NCBI RefSeq assembly: GCF_009834535.1 | Contig: NC_045696.1 | Coordinates: 30,506,001 to 30,570,000, forward strand | Length of the DNA: 64,000 bases | DNA from: Camelus ferus | Taxonomy: Eukaryota | Reading direction: 5' to 3' | Part shown: piece by piece, positions 23,406 through 36,834 of the stretch | Layout of the letters: the number at the start of each line of letters is the position of its first letter | Position numbering within the stretch: the first letter of the stretch is position 1 | Made by a program: the position numbers and the translations under genes | The notes under the pieces: generated by a model | The model's input: the letters and a program-made list of their open reading frames with translations, nothing else | What the model was told of the DNA's origin: nothing | Databases searched by the model: none

Positions 23406-24574
23406 GAGGAATTCTAGAATAAACACCACTACAATAATCATATATTCTATTTCTTTAAATTCTTTTGTACAAATTAATTTAAATTAAATTATTTGTACAG
23501 GAGAATCCACAAAATTAAATGCACCAAAATTAAAATATTGGATGATCTAAACTGTAATGAAGAGGTGTGATGCATTTGCTAATTTTAGTTAAGATAATAA
23601 AAAAGATTTCTTGGGAACTGAATGTATCTCTCTTACTTATTATCACTTAACAATGCACATGTTCTATACCTTTTTCTTTGAAATCTAAAATAGGGTCCAC
23701 CTGCATATTTTTCAATTTTGTTACTTTGGGCTTCTATTCTATTACTTTTGAAATAATATTTATGTTTTTAGTATTTTTATAATTGAAGATGAGATTACTT
23801 TAAAAGCAGTGTACCATCTCTCTTTTTCTGAAGTGCTAACATGAAAATTATAAAGTGAAGGAAGATATTGAATCGTTACTATCTTTCATGGCTGCAAGAT
23901 ATTTCTCATGAAATTTGACAATTCAATAACATGAAGTATGGAAAGAATTACAGATTTTGGTGTATTTCAACAGGTCAGATCAGCAGAAGAGAGTTTTTTA
24001 AGTAATGGTCAGTAGACTCTGCTCAAGACATGTATGTTTTCCAGCTTGAATTATTAGAGCCAATGATGTCACAACTAATATGATCTTAAATAGATATCAA
24101 ATTTGCAAGTCGCTTTGCCTCCTCTGGATTCAAATATAAATTTGTACTAATTTCACCTAATTATTTTTGGTTAGTGATCAAAGCTCACAATAGTTATGAT
24201 AGCTAATATATGACCATGAGCATTGCTTTTTTAATCTACAGACAATCAAGGAAGGGAAAAAAAATCTTATCCTCATGTATCAGAAGACAAAACAAGCTCA
24301 GAATAAATAACAAAACAAAATTCTAAGCACAAATTTACTTGAAGCCAAAGCCAATTTTTTTCTTTCTCCTTTTCTTTCTCCCTCTCTTCCTTCCTTCCTT
24401 CTCTCATTTTTTTTTCTTTTTTCTGTACCTCAGCACACTATTACTCTGAAAAATATATATTTGTTGTACCTTAATTTTACACATACTTTGTATAAAACCA
24501 GGTAAGACTTTAGCAGCAGGGAGGGAGGATAGGGCAAAATTTACACCCAAACAATCCATGTGCAGAGACCTTTA

Positions 24575-25192
24575 CAGTTAACTTTACGTCAGAGAAACCT
24601 GGTACCATCTTAACCCAGTGACCAGAAATGGAACAAGTTAACCTCATATGCTTCCTGAGAGAGGAGCACAATACTGTTTTTAAGTATTCCTGACAAAACT
24701 ATTTATCCTGAATCGAATTATGATAAAATAGACAAACCCAAATTAAGGGACACTATAAAATGTATGGTCCGTGCACTTCAAAAGTGTCAATGCCATGGGA
24801 TAGAATTAACAATTGAGTAATTATTCCAGATTAAAAGACTAAAGAGACATGACTGTTGAGGGCAATACATGATCCTGCATTTTATTTGGCTCCAAAAGCA
24901 CATTATTAGGACAACTGGTGAAATGTGAATAATATCTGTATATTAGATAATAGCACCATATTGAGGTTAATTTCCGGAAATTGTTGCTTGTGCTGTGATA
25001 ATGTGTCAGAGCTTTATGTTATTAATCCTGGCTCTTAGAAAATATATACTGAAATATTTGGGGGTAAAGGAACACTATACCTGCAACTTAGTCTCAAATA
25101 TAGTAAAATATTAACACTGGGGGGAGGAAATTAATGCAATGCTTTGAACTATTCTTGAAATTTTCTATAAATTTGAAATCATGTCAAAATAA
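24575..25192 (+). mobile_element. Old L1 3' UTR (L1MC4-like)
   Basis: GAGAAACCTGG...CTTAACC; GACAAACCCAAATTAAGGGACA; CCAGATTAAAAGACTAAAGAGACATGAC; AAATTTGAAAT...CAAAATAA. Confidence 0.8.
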
Positions 25193-27050
25193 TACATAAG
25201 AGAAAAAAATAAACAGTAAATTTACAGCAATTGCTTTTTTTCCCTTCCTGAAAGGATAAACACTTCTTTCTGACCTCAAATTATTGAATGTCAAACACAA
25301 AAGGAAATCAATTACTAACTGCATGCCTTTGTGTTCATTTATAGTATACATTGTTATGTTAATCCGTGTGAAATTTATAAAACTTGTAGCATGCAAAACA
25401 ATTGCTAATGTTAAATTCTAGAGTCTATGACCATATGAAGCTCTTTGCACATTTTTCTCACTGTCTTCCTTCCCTAACTAATTTGTATACATGCTTCTGA
25501 CATCTGTAGGCACATTTTAACCTCATTGGAAAGTCTCAGGAGGCTGAAGAGATTGCTGTCCTTATCCAAGCAACATGGCAACTGATTTTCCACAAAATCG
25601 TATCACTTTGTTCCAAGTAATCAAGACCCATTGCTCTGAAAGGAAACCAAGGGAATAACAAAATGTCATGTACTATCTCTGGAAAATGTGGGTCAAAATG
25701 TAACCTAAAAATATGCACGTCCATAAACTTTCCTTTCTCAGATGTATTTTTTAAATTGCATTTTACACTTAGAAAGACATTAAAACCATTACAAGACAAA
25801 ACATTTATTGTAAATGGCTGAAAAGAGAAAATAAAATTCTGTCATGCATGATTTAAGAAAGCACCGTCCACTCTACTAAGGCAAATAATTCATGTGAAAA
25901 ATTAGATTTTAAGCTAACATATTTTATCTTTCCAACACATTCAGTATCTTCATGTAGTTATACATATGCCGACCAAGTCCTATTCCCATGAAAATAAAAT
26001 ATAGTTACCAAAGGCATAGACTTTTATATAAATTTAGGAGGAGGAGACCAAAAAGCTTAACTAATTCTTGCCTTACAGGGGGTGTTTCAAGCACACACAT
26101 TGTGCTTAGTAGCCTTTGATCTCCTATGAAATTTATATTCATGGCAGCCTAACACAGAGAAGAGTGAATAAAGTGAAAACATAAAGGACAATGGCCCAGG
26201 GGAAGCGTAAAGATACAGTTGTATTTTAATATCATTTTTCTGCATAACAACAGTAATAATGTCCTGGATTTCAACTTCTTTTTGCATTCCATTGCCTCCA
26301 AGACCTTAGTAAAGTCAAAGAAGCCTGCTGGCCACGCAAGTTAGTCAAGTATTATTATCTATTTCAAAAGAAGATAAATCAATATATAGGAAAATTTGAA
26401 GATTATCCCAAAGCAAAATATTTTTTTACCAGTTGGAGATATTTTAGCCACATCAGGTTAAGTCTAAAGGGCAAATGACTAGACAGATAATACAATGAGG
26501 AACTGATAGAGGGAAGAAACAAAATGCTCTTAGGGTGGAAAATAAAGTGACTTGATATTGTTTCTTTTTAGATACAGTAATAACAGAAAACATATCAGGG
26601 AATACACTATAGATTTTGTTTCTAGAATATTTTAATTATTGGAGCATCCTAGTTATAGGGCTTAGTGCAAAGAGTTGGCCATAGAATAATTGTAATTTTT
26701 TAACTTAAAATAGAGAGATGGTAGCTATGATGGTGTGAAGGGAAATACGTTGACACTATTTTATGCCACATGTCAAATAACACGCTTAAAATACAAAGAA
26801 CCAATTATTGATATTGACAGGTTAATAATAAAATTGAAATCTGGAATAAGAGTTAACTATCCAGAAGTATAATATAACAAGCCAGGTCTTACAATTGGCA
26901 GGTTTAGTACTGAAAGAAAATGCAAATAATTAAAATGAGACTTACAGCTAAACCCAACTGATTAAAGTCAAGTAATTTCACACATGATTTTCACTCCATG
27001 TAAAGTTTAGTTGCATGCAAATTTCCTGAGTACATTGAAAAGACTAGTCA

Positions 27051-27086
27051 TGCGCGTGCACACACATACACACACACACACAGAGA
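27051..27086. repeat. (CA)n microsatellite, imperfect
   Basis: Direct reading. Confidence 0.85.
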
Positions 27087-27284
27087 CACCAAAATACCAT
27101 GGTAAGCAGTACAAAAACAAAAACAGTAACAAGTTTATAGGGGATAATAAGGAAGTATGAGATGTTTGAGCTTTCATATCTAAAACATTTGAAGTGAATA
27201 CCCGGACACCTTGGCCAATGGCCAGGTGATCAATCAGTAAAGTCCACTTAAACTTTTCCTTCTTGCTGCTTCAGTCACTGTGGT

Positions 27285-27370
27285 TTACAGTAATAGAAAG
27301 AGCATAGACTGTGGAGTAAGAACAACCTAGACCCTGTCCTGGCTGTGACATCGCTGTGGGGCTTGGAATT
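27285..27370 (+). mobile_element. MIR 5' fragment
   Basis: AGTAATAGAAAGAGCATAGACTGTGGAGTAAGAACAACCTAG...CCTGGCTGTG. Confidence 0.55.
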
Positions 27371-27444
27371 AGGCTTGGAGTTAATTCCATACTCCCGAAT
27401 TTACCTTGTGGATAGGTAAAACTTTTTTTTTTTAATATTCTACC

Positions 27445-27565
27445 TTACAGGTGTGTAAGTAGATATTCAAAGAGGGAATGGTAATTCCCCAGGGTCATGC
27501 AGTGACTATGCAGTGAAGCAGAACTCAGGTTTTCTTGTTTCTCAACTTGTCTGCTTTCTATACCA
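27445..27565 (-). mobile_element. MIR fragment
   Basis: TTACAGGTG...GGTAATTCCCCAGGGTCATGCAG...GAACTCAGGT. Confidence 0.55.
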
Positions 27566-27871
27566 TTCATCTCTATTCTGTCACTGTGACTTATTCTATT
27601 TTCTGTCATCCATTGGTATAATCATGGTTCATTAACCCCCATGCATTTATTTAATGTCCATTCACTACAATTTCTACAAGAAAATTATAGCAATTCCATA
27701 TATATTTCTTATCTCTCAATTATCTTATTTCTTAATGCATTTTACTACATACACTTCCTGCATATTTCACTTTCTGCAGGCATCCCACTACACTATATTT
27801 TGTTAGATGGGCAATAGTTACTAAACACTTGATGTGGAATTCATTCCACGTTGAGTTTCATTTAATTCATC

Positions 27872-27892
27872 TGTGTGTGTGTGTGTGTGTGT
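27872..27892. repeat. (TG)n microsatellite
   Basis: Direct reading, about 10 units. Confidence 0.9.
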
Positions 27893-28617
27893 GATTGGTG
27901 GTTGTTCATTGTTTTTATTTGTTCTGTTCATTGAAGTTTTATTCTTTGTACTTGTTCTCTCGTTAATGATTGGCTGGCTTTTCTCCCTGCTTCACCACTA
28001 TCTGCCATCAAAGAAAGTGACTAGATTTAGCTTAGTCAATATGTACTGCAAGATTGCAGTTGATTATAGCAAAGGAAACTTATCTATGTGTTTGGGTTTG
28101 TTAGCCATAATTTTTTGGTCAGTGGCTACTTCTTACTCATTGTTAATTTCTACAGGAAGAAAGGGCTAAATAACTCTTTCAGTAATAATAATGTTATTAT
28201 TAAAAATATCACCACTATTCTTACAATTATTAGTCTCTTAAGGTAATAAATAAACCAAAGAATGAATCTTCCCTTTTTTGATACTTCTTGGTTCCTCCCT
28301 TAACAACACACATGTTATTAAGAAGAATGCATTATTTAAGCATTGTGAATTTTTTGAAATATTGTTCTTGGAAAAGAATGAGGAATATGTTGGATAAGGG
28401 ACATTTTAGAGAGGTGAAGAAAAGCTTAAAAATACTTGCAATCATCATTAGTTAAGAACACCTAAATTTGGTGGTAAGACTCATAATGGGAAATAAGGGA
28501 TGAATTCAAGATATGTCTTAAAGAAAATATTCTTCAAAAACTGGTGCTGGGAAATAAATTAAGCTTACAGAAAATAATTTAGAGGACTCACATTTGCTGC
28601 ATAAAGCAAGATAGCAA

Positions 28618-28996
28618 TGTAATCCAGCCTGACCCTAGGGGGTCTTCCCAGGACAGACTCCTCCCCCTCATGTTCCCTGCCTGCTTCTTGTTTATAGAAA
28701 AGCTGTAGTCTCCCAGATCTCCCTTGAATCACAAAAACTTGGCTCAAGAATTAACGATTGAAAGGATTTGGAAATTTAGTGACAAAAATAACAGTTTGCC
28801 AGGAGAAACTGGTAACAATTTAAACAATAAATCAGCCCTGTGGCAATCACAGAATCTTTAATTCTTCCCTGAATTGCATAGATAACAGTATCCAGTGCAT
28901 ACTCCTGAGTTATTTTACAGATAGTAAAATCCCCACCAAATGAAAGAAGCTAACTCAATGATGGCCATGAGCACGTAGCCCCTAGACCACCTGGAG
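28618..28996 (+). mobile_element. Partial ERV1-class LTR (cetartiodactyl type), 3' part missing
   Basis: Starts TGTAATCC...GACCCTAGGGGGTCTTCCCAGGACAG; TTGTTTATAGAAAAGCT; no poly-A signal or CA end seen. Confidence 0.6.
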
Positions 28997-29589
28997 AAGA
29001 ATATTGATTTCCCTATAATCTTGATAATTCTAGATATTATTTATTGAAGATGATCATTTTTAAGTTTTGCATATGTAAACATATCACATTGCTTTGCATT
29101 TTTTTGTGTGTCTAGGAATTCAAAGATTTCTTTTTTTGGCTATGTGTTGTTTAAAGTGTATTTCATCTTTATACTTTATATTGTCATCCTCCCAAATTTT
29201 GTGAGTTATTTATATATTTCCAATTGACTAAAAATATGATGATTTACATGGTAATCTTTGGTATTATACATATATATTTTAAAACAGTTTTTAAGATTTG
29301 CCTACCACTTTTATTTATGTGTGTTATAACGTAAGGATTATGAACATGAGCAATGAATTAAAATGGTGGTTGTGCATTTCCATATATTGCAGTTGTAAAT
29401 TTAAATTTTGTTCTTACATATTTTAAAGGACGCTTTATGCTAAAGTTCCTCATCATATTTACAACCACCTTCTGGATAGTTATATATCCAATGAACACAT
29501 GGAGCTTTAACATTTATGTTTAAGCTCATCCTTTAACCATAACATTATGATTAATGGTGTCCCTTTTATGACCATAAAACTACCTTCAC

Positions 29590-30540
29590 ACTCCCAGTCA
29601 TCCAGGCTTGAAATCTGGAAATAATTATTTTGCTCACAATTCTCTCATCACTCAAATCCACCCTACTTCCCAGCCTTGCTTATTTCACCTTCACACTTTA
29701 TATATTTAATGCATAATTTTATTTTGATTCCTGCTGATTAAAACTCTCATTCAAGCTCATTGGAAATTCTATCTTGAACAATTATGTTTATTTCCAAATT
29801 GTTTGTCTTACTTTTTTTTTCTCTTTATTCACCTTGATAACAGCTGGTATTTATCATGTATTTAAGCACAATGCCACGTGCTTATGTGTGTTCCCTCATT
29901 TAATGCTTACAACTTCACAAGAGAGGTACTGTATTTTACCATCTTTTATGTGCAGTTCAGTGTTAAACCACTTGCAGAGCAGAGAGATAAAAGGCTTTCC
30001 CAATCTCAGAGAGAAAGGGAATATTGCTGCTGGGATGGAAGCCCAGGAGTCCGACTGAGTCAACACTCTCAGACAAAACGCAGTCATGCCAGTTTACAGT
30101 ATTTTCCAGATTAATCTTTTTCAGATAGTCTTCCTACATTGACAGTGTTCAGGTTAAAAGCAGTCAGTGGTATCTTACTGCCTAGAGATAAAGTTGTAGC
30201 CCTAAGCCTGGTTTTTATCCTGATTCTCCCTTTCCTGTAATATGTCCCTGGATAATTTGAAAACATGCTTCACACCCCCTTCTATGGCTTTGCTAATGCT
30301 ATTCTCTCCAAATTCACTTGTTTCATGGACAAATAGTTGAAATCCTCTACCCTCAACTTCTAGCCCTTCTTTCCTCTTCTGAGACCACTTCTTTCTGCCT
30401 TTGCCATTTATATACTGGTATGTGCTCTTTTCTTTCCTACCGTGATAGACTGTTAGTGCCTCCAGGCAGACACAGTATCATTTATTTTTGAACTCTCAAT
30501 GTACAGCATCTTGTGAAGAGAAAGTAATTGATGATTATTG
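29590..30540 (+). mobile_element. Degraded L2 fragments, interrupted by a MIR
   Basis: CCAGTCATCCAGGCTTGAAATCTGG; TAGACTGTTAGTGCCTCCAGGCAGACACAGTATC tail. Confidence 0.55.
29838..30070 (-). mobile_element. MIR SINE
   Basis: TAACAGCT...CTCATTTAATGCTTACAAC...GAGAGGTACT...GGATGGAAGCCCAGGAGTCCGACT. Confidence 0.7.
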
Positions 30541-32284
30541 GTTCTATAACAAAATGCTTTTTAAAGTTATAAATAATACGATGCATTTATTTAAAGTGAA
30601 TGTTAACAACAAAATCCAAAGCATGTTTTTTTGTAGAATGTTCCTAATTTTGGGAGTTAACAAGTGGTTGAATTTATACATTCTTAAAGGCAAAAATGTT
30701 AGGCACTTTGATATTTTTATAATCTCTATGAAATCAAAATGATTATTTAAATTAATAGTATTTGCTAATTAAAAATGAAAGGAATCCAGCCTAAATTTAA
30801 TTTACAATATTCCCCTAAACCCATGGCTTTTTTATATCACCCTTAACCTACTGTGATTTAACTTTAAAACAACCATGCAAATTTAATTATGCATTGGCTC
30901 CTAAGGGATGCACTCATATATCAGTTTTCATCTCTCGTGGACAGATCATTTGCAGTTAAGTTACAAACCACTGAAAATCAATTTTTAATGGAAATACTCG
31001 TACAACTTTAGCTGCAAAAGAGCAAAAATTCAGGTATAATACCAAGTGGCAGGTTATTAACTATAACTTCAATTTCATGTTCTTTTGACACAAGACTATG
31101 TCAGCCATAAATAAGTGTGCGTTTGCTATACAAGTCACACTTACCAGAAGGTTATTCATCAAAGAAATTTGAGTAGGTCCAGCACTGAGCCCACAGGGAC
31201 CCTGGTGGAAATTCTGAGTTGCTTAGTAAGAAGGTGCTGAACCAAAACAATTGTGCTGAAATGATGTTAAAGGTCTAAATGAAAACCAGAGAAGCAAGGA
31301 CGCATAGAGTTAAGTCTAAACTCCATCATTAACCATACCAGCTGACTTAGAAAGGCTTTTAGGTATAGTGTATAAATGATCTCAAAATCAGACTACACTG
31401 GAACAGTATTTCTGCAGTGAAATATACTCATTCATTCTTTGCCTCTATTTCTATAGTTTCAAATTATTTTTTAAATATTCACTTATTTACTTTCATAAAC
31501 TGATATTTAAATAAATATAACCCATTATTAATCAGAAGCTAATAATGACAGTTGCAAATAATATAGTTTTTCCTCTCATGAATTGAACAGTCTGTATCCC
31601 TTATCCAAGTAAAGTCCTGTCAAAGTCCAGTATATGAACTCAGACACTACAGAGTTACCTAGAATGGAAAATTACCCTAAGGTCTATAAGTAAAGTTTAT
31701 TAAAACTATGAGGCTTAATATTTTTTTGAAAAAATATCTGCCACCAATGCAGTGATGTAATTATAAATTTTACTATTACTCATTGACAATCTGCTCTGTA
31801 AATGGACTCTTTTAAAATTACTAGGTTTTAGTACTAATTTAGATGATTTGCATGGAACATAGCAGTTGATTGTTCAGAAAAATTACAGCAATTTAGAATA
31901 ATAATAATATTGAAGAAATAAAAATGAACTGATAATCTCAAAATATTCACTCTATGATACAGGAATTTTGAATTATATATTGCTCTTATTGAATTCCTTT
32001 TTAGTTCTGCATTTTACAGTACTTTTTAAAAAATACTAAGTTATAATTTAGTCAATTACAGTGAAACACAGATGATAAAACATTTCTGAAGAAGTTTTAT
32101 TTTTTGTTTGAGTGATACCTAATTCTGTTTAAAAATGAAGGAACTTTTTGGTTTTACAATGAAAAATACAAGAGTCATATTTTCACCAAGGCCTCGAGAA
32201 TAGGTTTTAAATTTACCCAAATTTAAATTTATGTTTGAAGTTCCGTACACTGGAAATTTGTAAATCTTGACTTAGAAGTTGACT

Positions 32285-32403
32285 TGCTAGAATATAAGCT
32301 TCATAGTGGAAAGGCTTTTTTGTTTTTGTTTACTGCTCTAAGCCTAGAACCTAGAACTGTTCCTGGCACATAAAAATAGCCTTATTAGTATTTATTGAAT
32401 GAA
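32285..32403 (+). mobile_element. L2a 3' terminus
   Basis: CTAGAATATAAGCTTCAT...CCTAGAACTGTTCCTGGCACATA...TATTTATTGAATGAA. Confidence 0.85.
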
Positions 32404-33814
32404 AGCTACTTTCCAATATCAACTACTGTTCTTTCACAATAAAGTATGTTTGAAAATTCAGTCTTGTCCACGTTACCCAGAGGAAAACCTGAACTATTTA
32501 ATCTTACTGACACATTTCTAACTAGAACTTCCAGTTGCTTGAGGCTCAAGTTGAAATCCCTTGCTTTCTAGTATAATGTGAGTTTAATCTTTACTGCCAA
32601 GTTTGCTCTAGCCTGAACATGAACTATTTTTGCAGCATTTATCATCAGAGACCACAACTCTTTTATGAAAAGCAATATACTGTGTCTAACTATAAAATGA
32701 ATATCGGTATTTATTAGCTGTTTTAGAGTACATTTTGAACTTAAAACAATTTAAGAAGTAGAGACATTTTCTTTCAGTAAATTTTTTTTCAGTAACTAAA
32801 AAGACATGCTTTTCAACCAAAAAAAAAAAAAAATGCTTAAATGGAAACAAAGTTATTCTTATAAAACAATAGCAATCTTCAAAACATTTTTTTAGAAGCT
32901 GCAAATTTACTTTTGATAACATAAAGGACAAAAAGGGCCAGTACTAAACAAACTAATGATATTTCTATTATTGCTGTTAATATTGTTTCATTGTTGCCTC
33001 ACTTCTAAACTCCTTTACCCACCTTATTTAAGCTCCTTCTTGCTCAACAAATAGTGCTCTTTTGTTCTCTCCAGGCTTCTACTTTGTTCTGGGGTATAAA
33101 TTTTTAGAATGACTTACAATGCTTTGACTTCCAGTTTACTTCTTATATACAAAAAAAAAAAAAAAAGCCTTAAACAAAAGAATAATAAAACCCTAAAACT
33201 CAAGTGTCAATATAGACTGTCAAAAAAAACCCAAAAAACTGTTGAATAAATTGCTTTCCAGAATTATTAGATACTAATACCAAATCAACAGCTTATGTAA
33301 TATCTACATATGCAACCAGCTTTGAACATGAGTTCACAGTGTTTTCTTCTCTGGTGATTCATTGTCCATTGCAACAGTAACCAATAATAGCAGAGAAAAA
33401 GCAAGACAAAATGATCTGGCTTTTAAAAACCAAGTGGGAAAAGAAATAAAACGAAAATGTAGTTCTGTCATTTAAAATTAATTGTCATAAAATTATTTCA
33501 GGTGTTACTGTTACACTAAAAGTGGCATTTATTTACTTAGTCAGTACTTTCATTGAAGGAAATGTCTCAACTGGAATCATTCTTAACCGTCAAGTGCATT
33601 GGGGGAAGAGACCCCCTCCAGGTGTGTTGGGGAGCAGTATGTGGGTTTATCAGTATCTGAGATGTTGGGATTACGTAGCATGCATCATTTTAAAAAAGCA
33701 TATTCAATAATATAAATTTTATATCTATATGAAAGTCTAAAATGATAGAAAGCAAATCTAAACATGGCTCAAAACCATGTTTTATAAACTTTCTTGGGCC
33801 ACTGTCCTTAGGAC

Positions 33815-34216
33815 CTGGGTCAGTTTGAATCCTCTGAGCAGCACACACCAAGTGAGATTCAATATGCTAGAGATTTATGGTGAAATGCCTGCAAAAACTA
33901 AGGGTAGGGAGAAGTTGTAGGCAGCGTAGGTAGGAAGAGTCTCAGATGACTGCAGCTCTGAGCTCATTTGTGGCCAGGCTGTTGTGAACATCGCTGGAGG
34001 AGTCCCACAGCCTTCAATAAGGGCCAACATTAGCACGTCTGCAGTGCTTGATGCTTTGCTGGGAGTAGCCTGCTGGAAGCACAGTCTTGTCATGAATGCA
34101 TGTACGAATCTGGAGGCGACAGCCATGAGCAGAGGTATGGATCTAGAGAGGAGACAGCCGTGCTCCCTGTAACTTGTTCTCCTGAAGGAGCTAGGCAGCA
34201 TATTTTGTCACTACAC
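33815..34216 (-). mobile_element. LTR16-family (ERVL) solo LTR
   Basis: GC-rich block; GAGATTTATGGTGAAATGCCTG, GGAGTCCCACA, CTCCTGAAGGAG...CACTACA. Confidence 0.7.
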
Positions 34217-34429
34217 AGGACCTGACGAGGAAGGGACACAAAGGGACTTTGTCTTGATTGTTCTGGTTGGTATGGACCATTATAAGTTTTTAAAAATGCA
34301 TCAAAATACACACTTAAGTTAGATGCACTCTAGAATGTATATTATTTTTAAACATTTTTAAAGTAGACACGGATTACCATTTTTTTTTAATTTTTGCAGT
34401 GAATACTTATTTACCACATTATGTTAGTT

Positions 34430-34915
34430 TTTGTCTATCATAATTTTTTAAATCATCACTCTTTCTTGTATTAATTTTCTTCTTTCTGAAGTTTGTATTA
34501 TAGTGATTTTCTTGGTAAAGGCCTATGAGGAGTAACATTATAATTTTGGTCTTAAAAAAAGGCTATAATTCCTCTCATTCTTGAATGGCTGTTAAAATGG
34601 GAATCAAATTCTAGATTGACAGTTATTTTGAATATATTATTTTGAATGCATTATTCTATCATTTCTGGAATCTATTGTTATAAATGAGAAATCTCTCATT
34701 CTTTCAGTATTTTTAAAGAAGTCTTTACCTTTTTTTTTGGTTTTTAATATTCTATAATTTCAGTCTGATGCATCTCAGGTGAAATTGTTTTTGTATTTCC
34801 AGCTTGGAACTTGGTGTAATCTTTTAATTTGAAAACTCAAATCTTTCCCCTATTCGAGACAGTGCTCAGACTTTATTTCTATGAAGATTTTCTTCTTCCC
34901 ATTCTATATATTTCC
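34430..34915 (-). mobile_element. Old L1 (L1ME-like) fragment
   Basis: CTCATTCTTGAA...AATTCTAGATTGACAGTTATTTT; ATGAGAAATCT. Confidence 0.6.
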
Positions 34916-34919
34916 TAAC

Positions 34920-35370
34920 AGTCAGCATTCTTAATTGCAAGCAAAACCAGTAAGCTACCTGACTTAAGTAGAAAACAAATCCTGACTCTAGGAGACAGAA
35001 GAATGGAAATCAGTAAATGAATATAATCACAGGGAGGCAAAGCAACCAGTGCAGACAAGAGCATGCCACAAAGGGAGCCCAGAGAGAACACTGCCACCAT
35101 TGCTGAGCATAACGTCTGGCAACTGCATGGTCGCCGCCAGTAATCCTGGACGTTAGATACTGGCTTTACGACCACTTCTGCTGGATTCTAGAGGCTGGAT
35201 ATTGCTGTGCCTGTCTGAAAAGATGCTTCATTGTTCCTTCTTAATGGAAACATATACCCCATATTGTCCAAGGTGAATATGTCTGGCCATGTCTAAGAGG
35301 TGCAAGGTATATCCATGCCGTAACTTCAAGAAAGGATAAGAAAGTAGTTACCTGTCCTTTTTCGTGTTGA
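34920..35370 (-). mobile_element. Old MaLR LTR (MLT1K/N-like)
   Basis: GTCAGCATTCTTAATTGCAAGCAAAACC start; CACTGCCACCATTGCTG core. Confidence 0.55.
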
Positions 35371-35919
35371 TAGTGGAATATAGAATTTACGTACAACAGA
35401 TTCCAGTAGTGTGGAAAATTTCTTAATGAAAAGTAGTTTCAGATCTTCAGGTCCCTGAGTAATAAAAGAGTCACTATAATTCAACACTTTAGAAATTTTT
35501 CTTCCAGAAATATTTAAAATATAATATACCATTACCTAGTACCAACAAAAATGCACTCTCTTTCCTCAACTTTAAAGGTTATCAGTTATTTCCAAGCCAA
35601 TTCTCCATTCTCCCTCACATCACTTTAGGATCTTATGTTACTATATTGTTATCTATGAACTAAAATGTAAATTTATCCACCACCTAAGTTTTGTAAAAAT
35701 TAGTGGAGATAACAGAGAATATTTTAATATAAATGTAAAAATTTTTAAATAGTAGTAACACACCATAGATAAAAATTACAGATAGCTAACCCATGTTGTC
35801 CTTACTACTTTTTTTCTCTAGGCAACAGTGAATATTTATTAACTCAATTCCCTTCACTTCATTTCTCCATAATTTTACCTTCTGGTTTATGTTATTCTCC
35901 CCAATTTTACTCCAGTATT

Positions 35920-36355
35920 AATTTTGAGCAATTTCAATATATGCCTTCATGGTAAATGCAATGCCTTGGCTTCTCAGTTGTTTGAAACACTCTTGATTAA
36001 TGATCGTGCCCTGCAATTGCTCTAATATCCATCAGCCACTCAATCCCATGGTCATACTGTAGACCTTGGAATTACCTGATATCCATACACCTTTCATAAT
36101 CTCAGTTACAAGCATTCTACTCCCCAAACACCATCTATTATTTCTTGATCACTTTCTCTATAGCAAACCTATCTCAACTACTTTCCTGCACAAGGAGCTA
36201 CAACATAGCTCCAGATCAGTTGCTCTGGTAACTTGAATCTCAGGGTAAGGACAAGTGGTTAAGACTTTGCCAACCCACTGATGTGTATGCAGGTACTCTC
36301 TGTTGTTTTGATATCTGCTAAGCAAATTCCCACTCTAGGGTCATTGCACTAATTG
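35920..36355 (+). mobile_element. L2 internal fragments
   Basis: CCATGGTCATACTGTAGACCTTG (GHTLDL endonuclease remnant); CTAGGGTCATTGCACT. Confidence 0.6.
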
Positions 36356-36834
36356 CAAAAGTTAGTAAGATATTATTTTGTGATGTTTAAAATAATTGAC
36401 ATTTGGGGTGTTATTTGCTACACTGCATAGCCAAGGCTATTTTGACTGAAAAATGAATCACCTCCTAGAAGTGAAATGTGATGTAGAAAAACAAAAATCT
36501 TAACACATGTGGCTGTGGTTAAAGGCCTGGTGACAGACTGTGAAGATATTAGAGGCTTATAGGATGTTAGTCAGTAGTTAAATATTTGACTTAATGAAAT
36601 GTAGCTTTAGGTGCAGATTTTAAAAAGGAGAATGTTAATAGTGTGGATTGCTTACTCTTGGCACTGACCAGAGAGAGAGAACTTCAGAAGATTAGCTCAT
36701 TCACTACTAAGTAGAAAGGGAACAAGCACACTAAGAAGTGACCATTTTTCCCTCCCTCCCCTCCCACCCCTCCCTCGACTGGAAAAAGATAAAACTGTAA
36801 AGGCCTTTTTGTAAAGATCAAAGCAAGGTATGGA

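Noticed and set aside
33875..34311. Three overlapping ORFs in a GC-richer block
   Set aside because: They lie largely in an LTR16-type LTR; higher GC lowers stop-codon frequency
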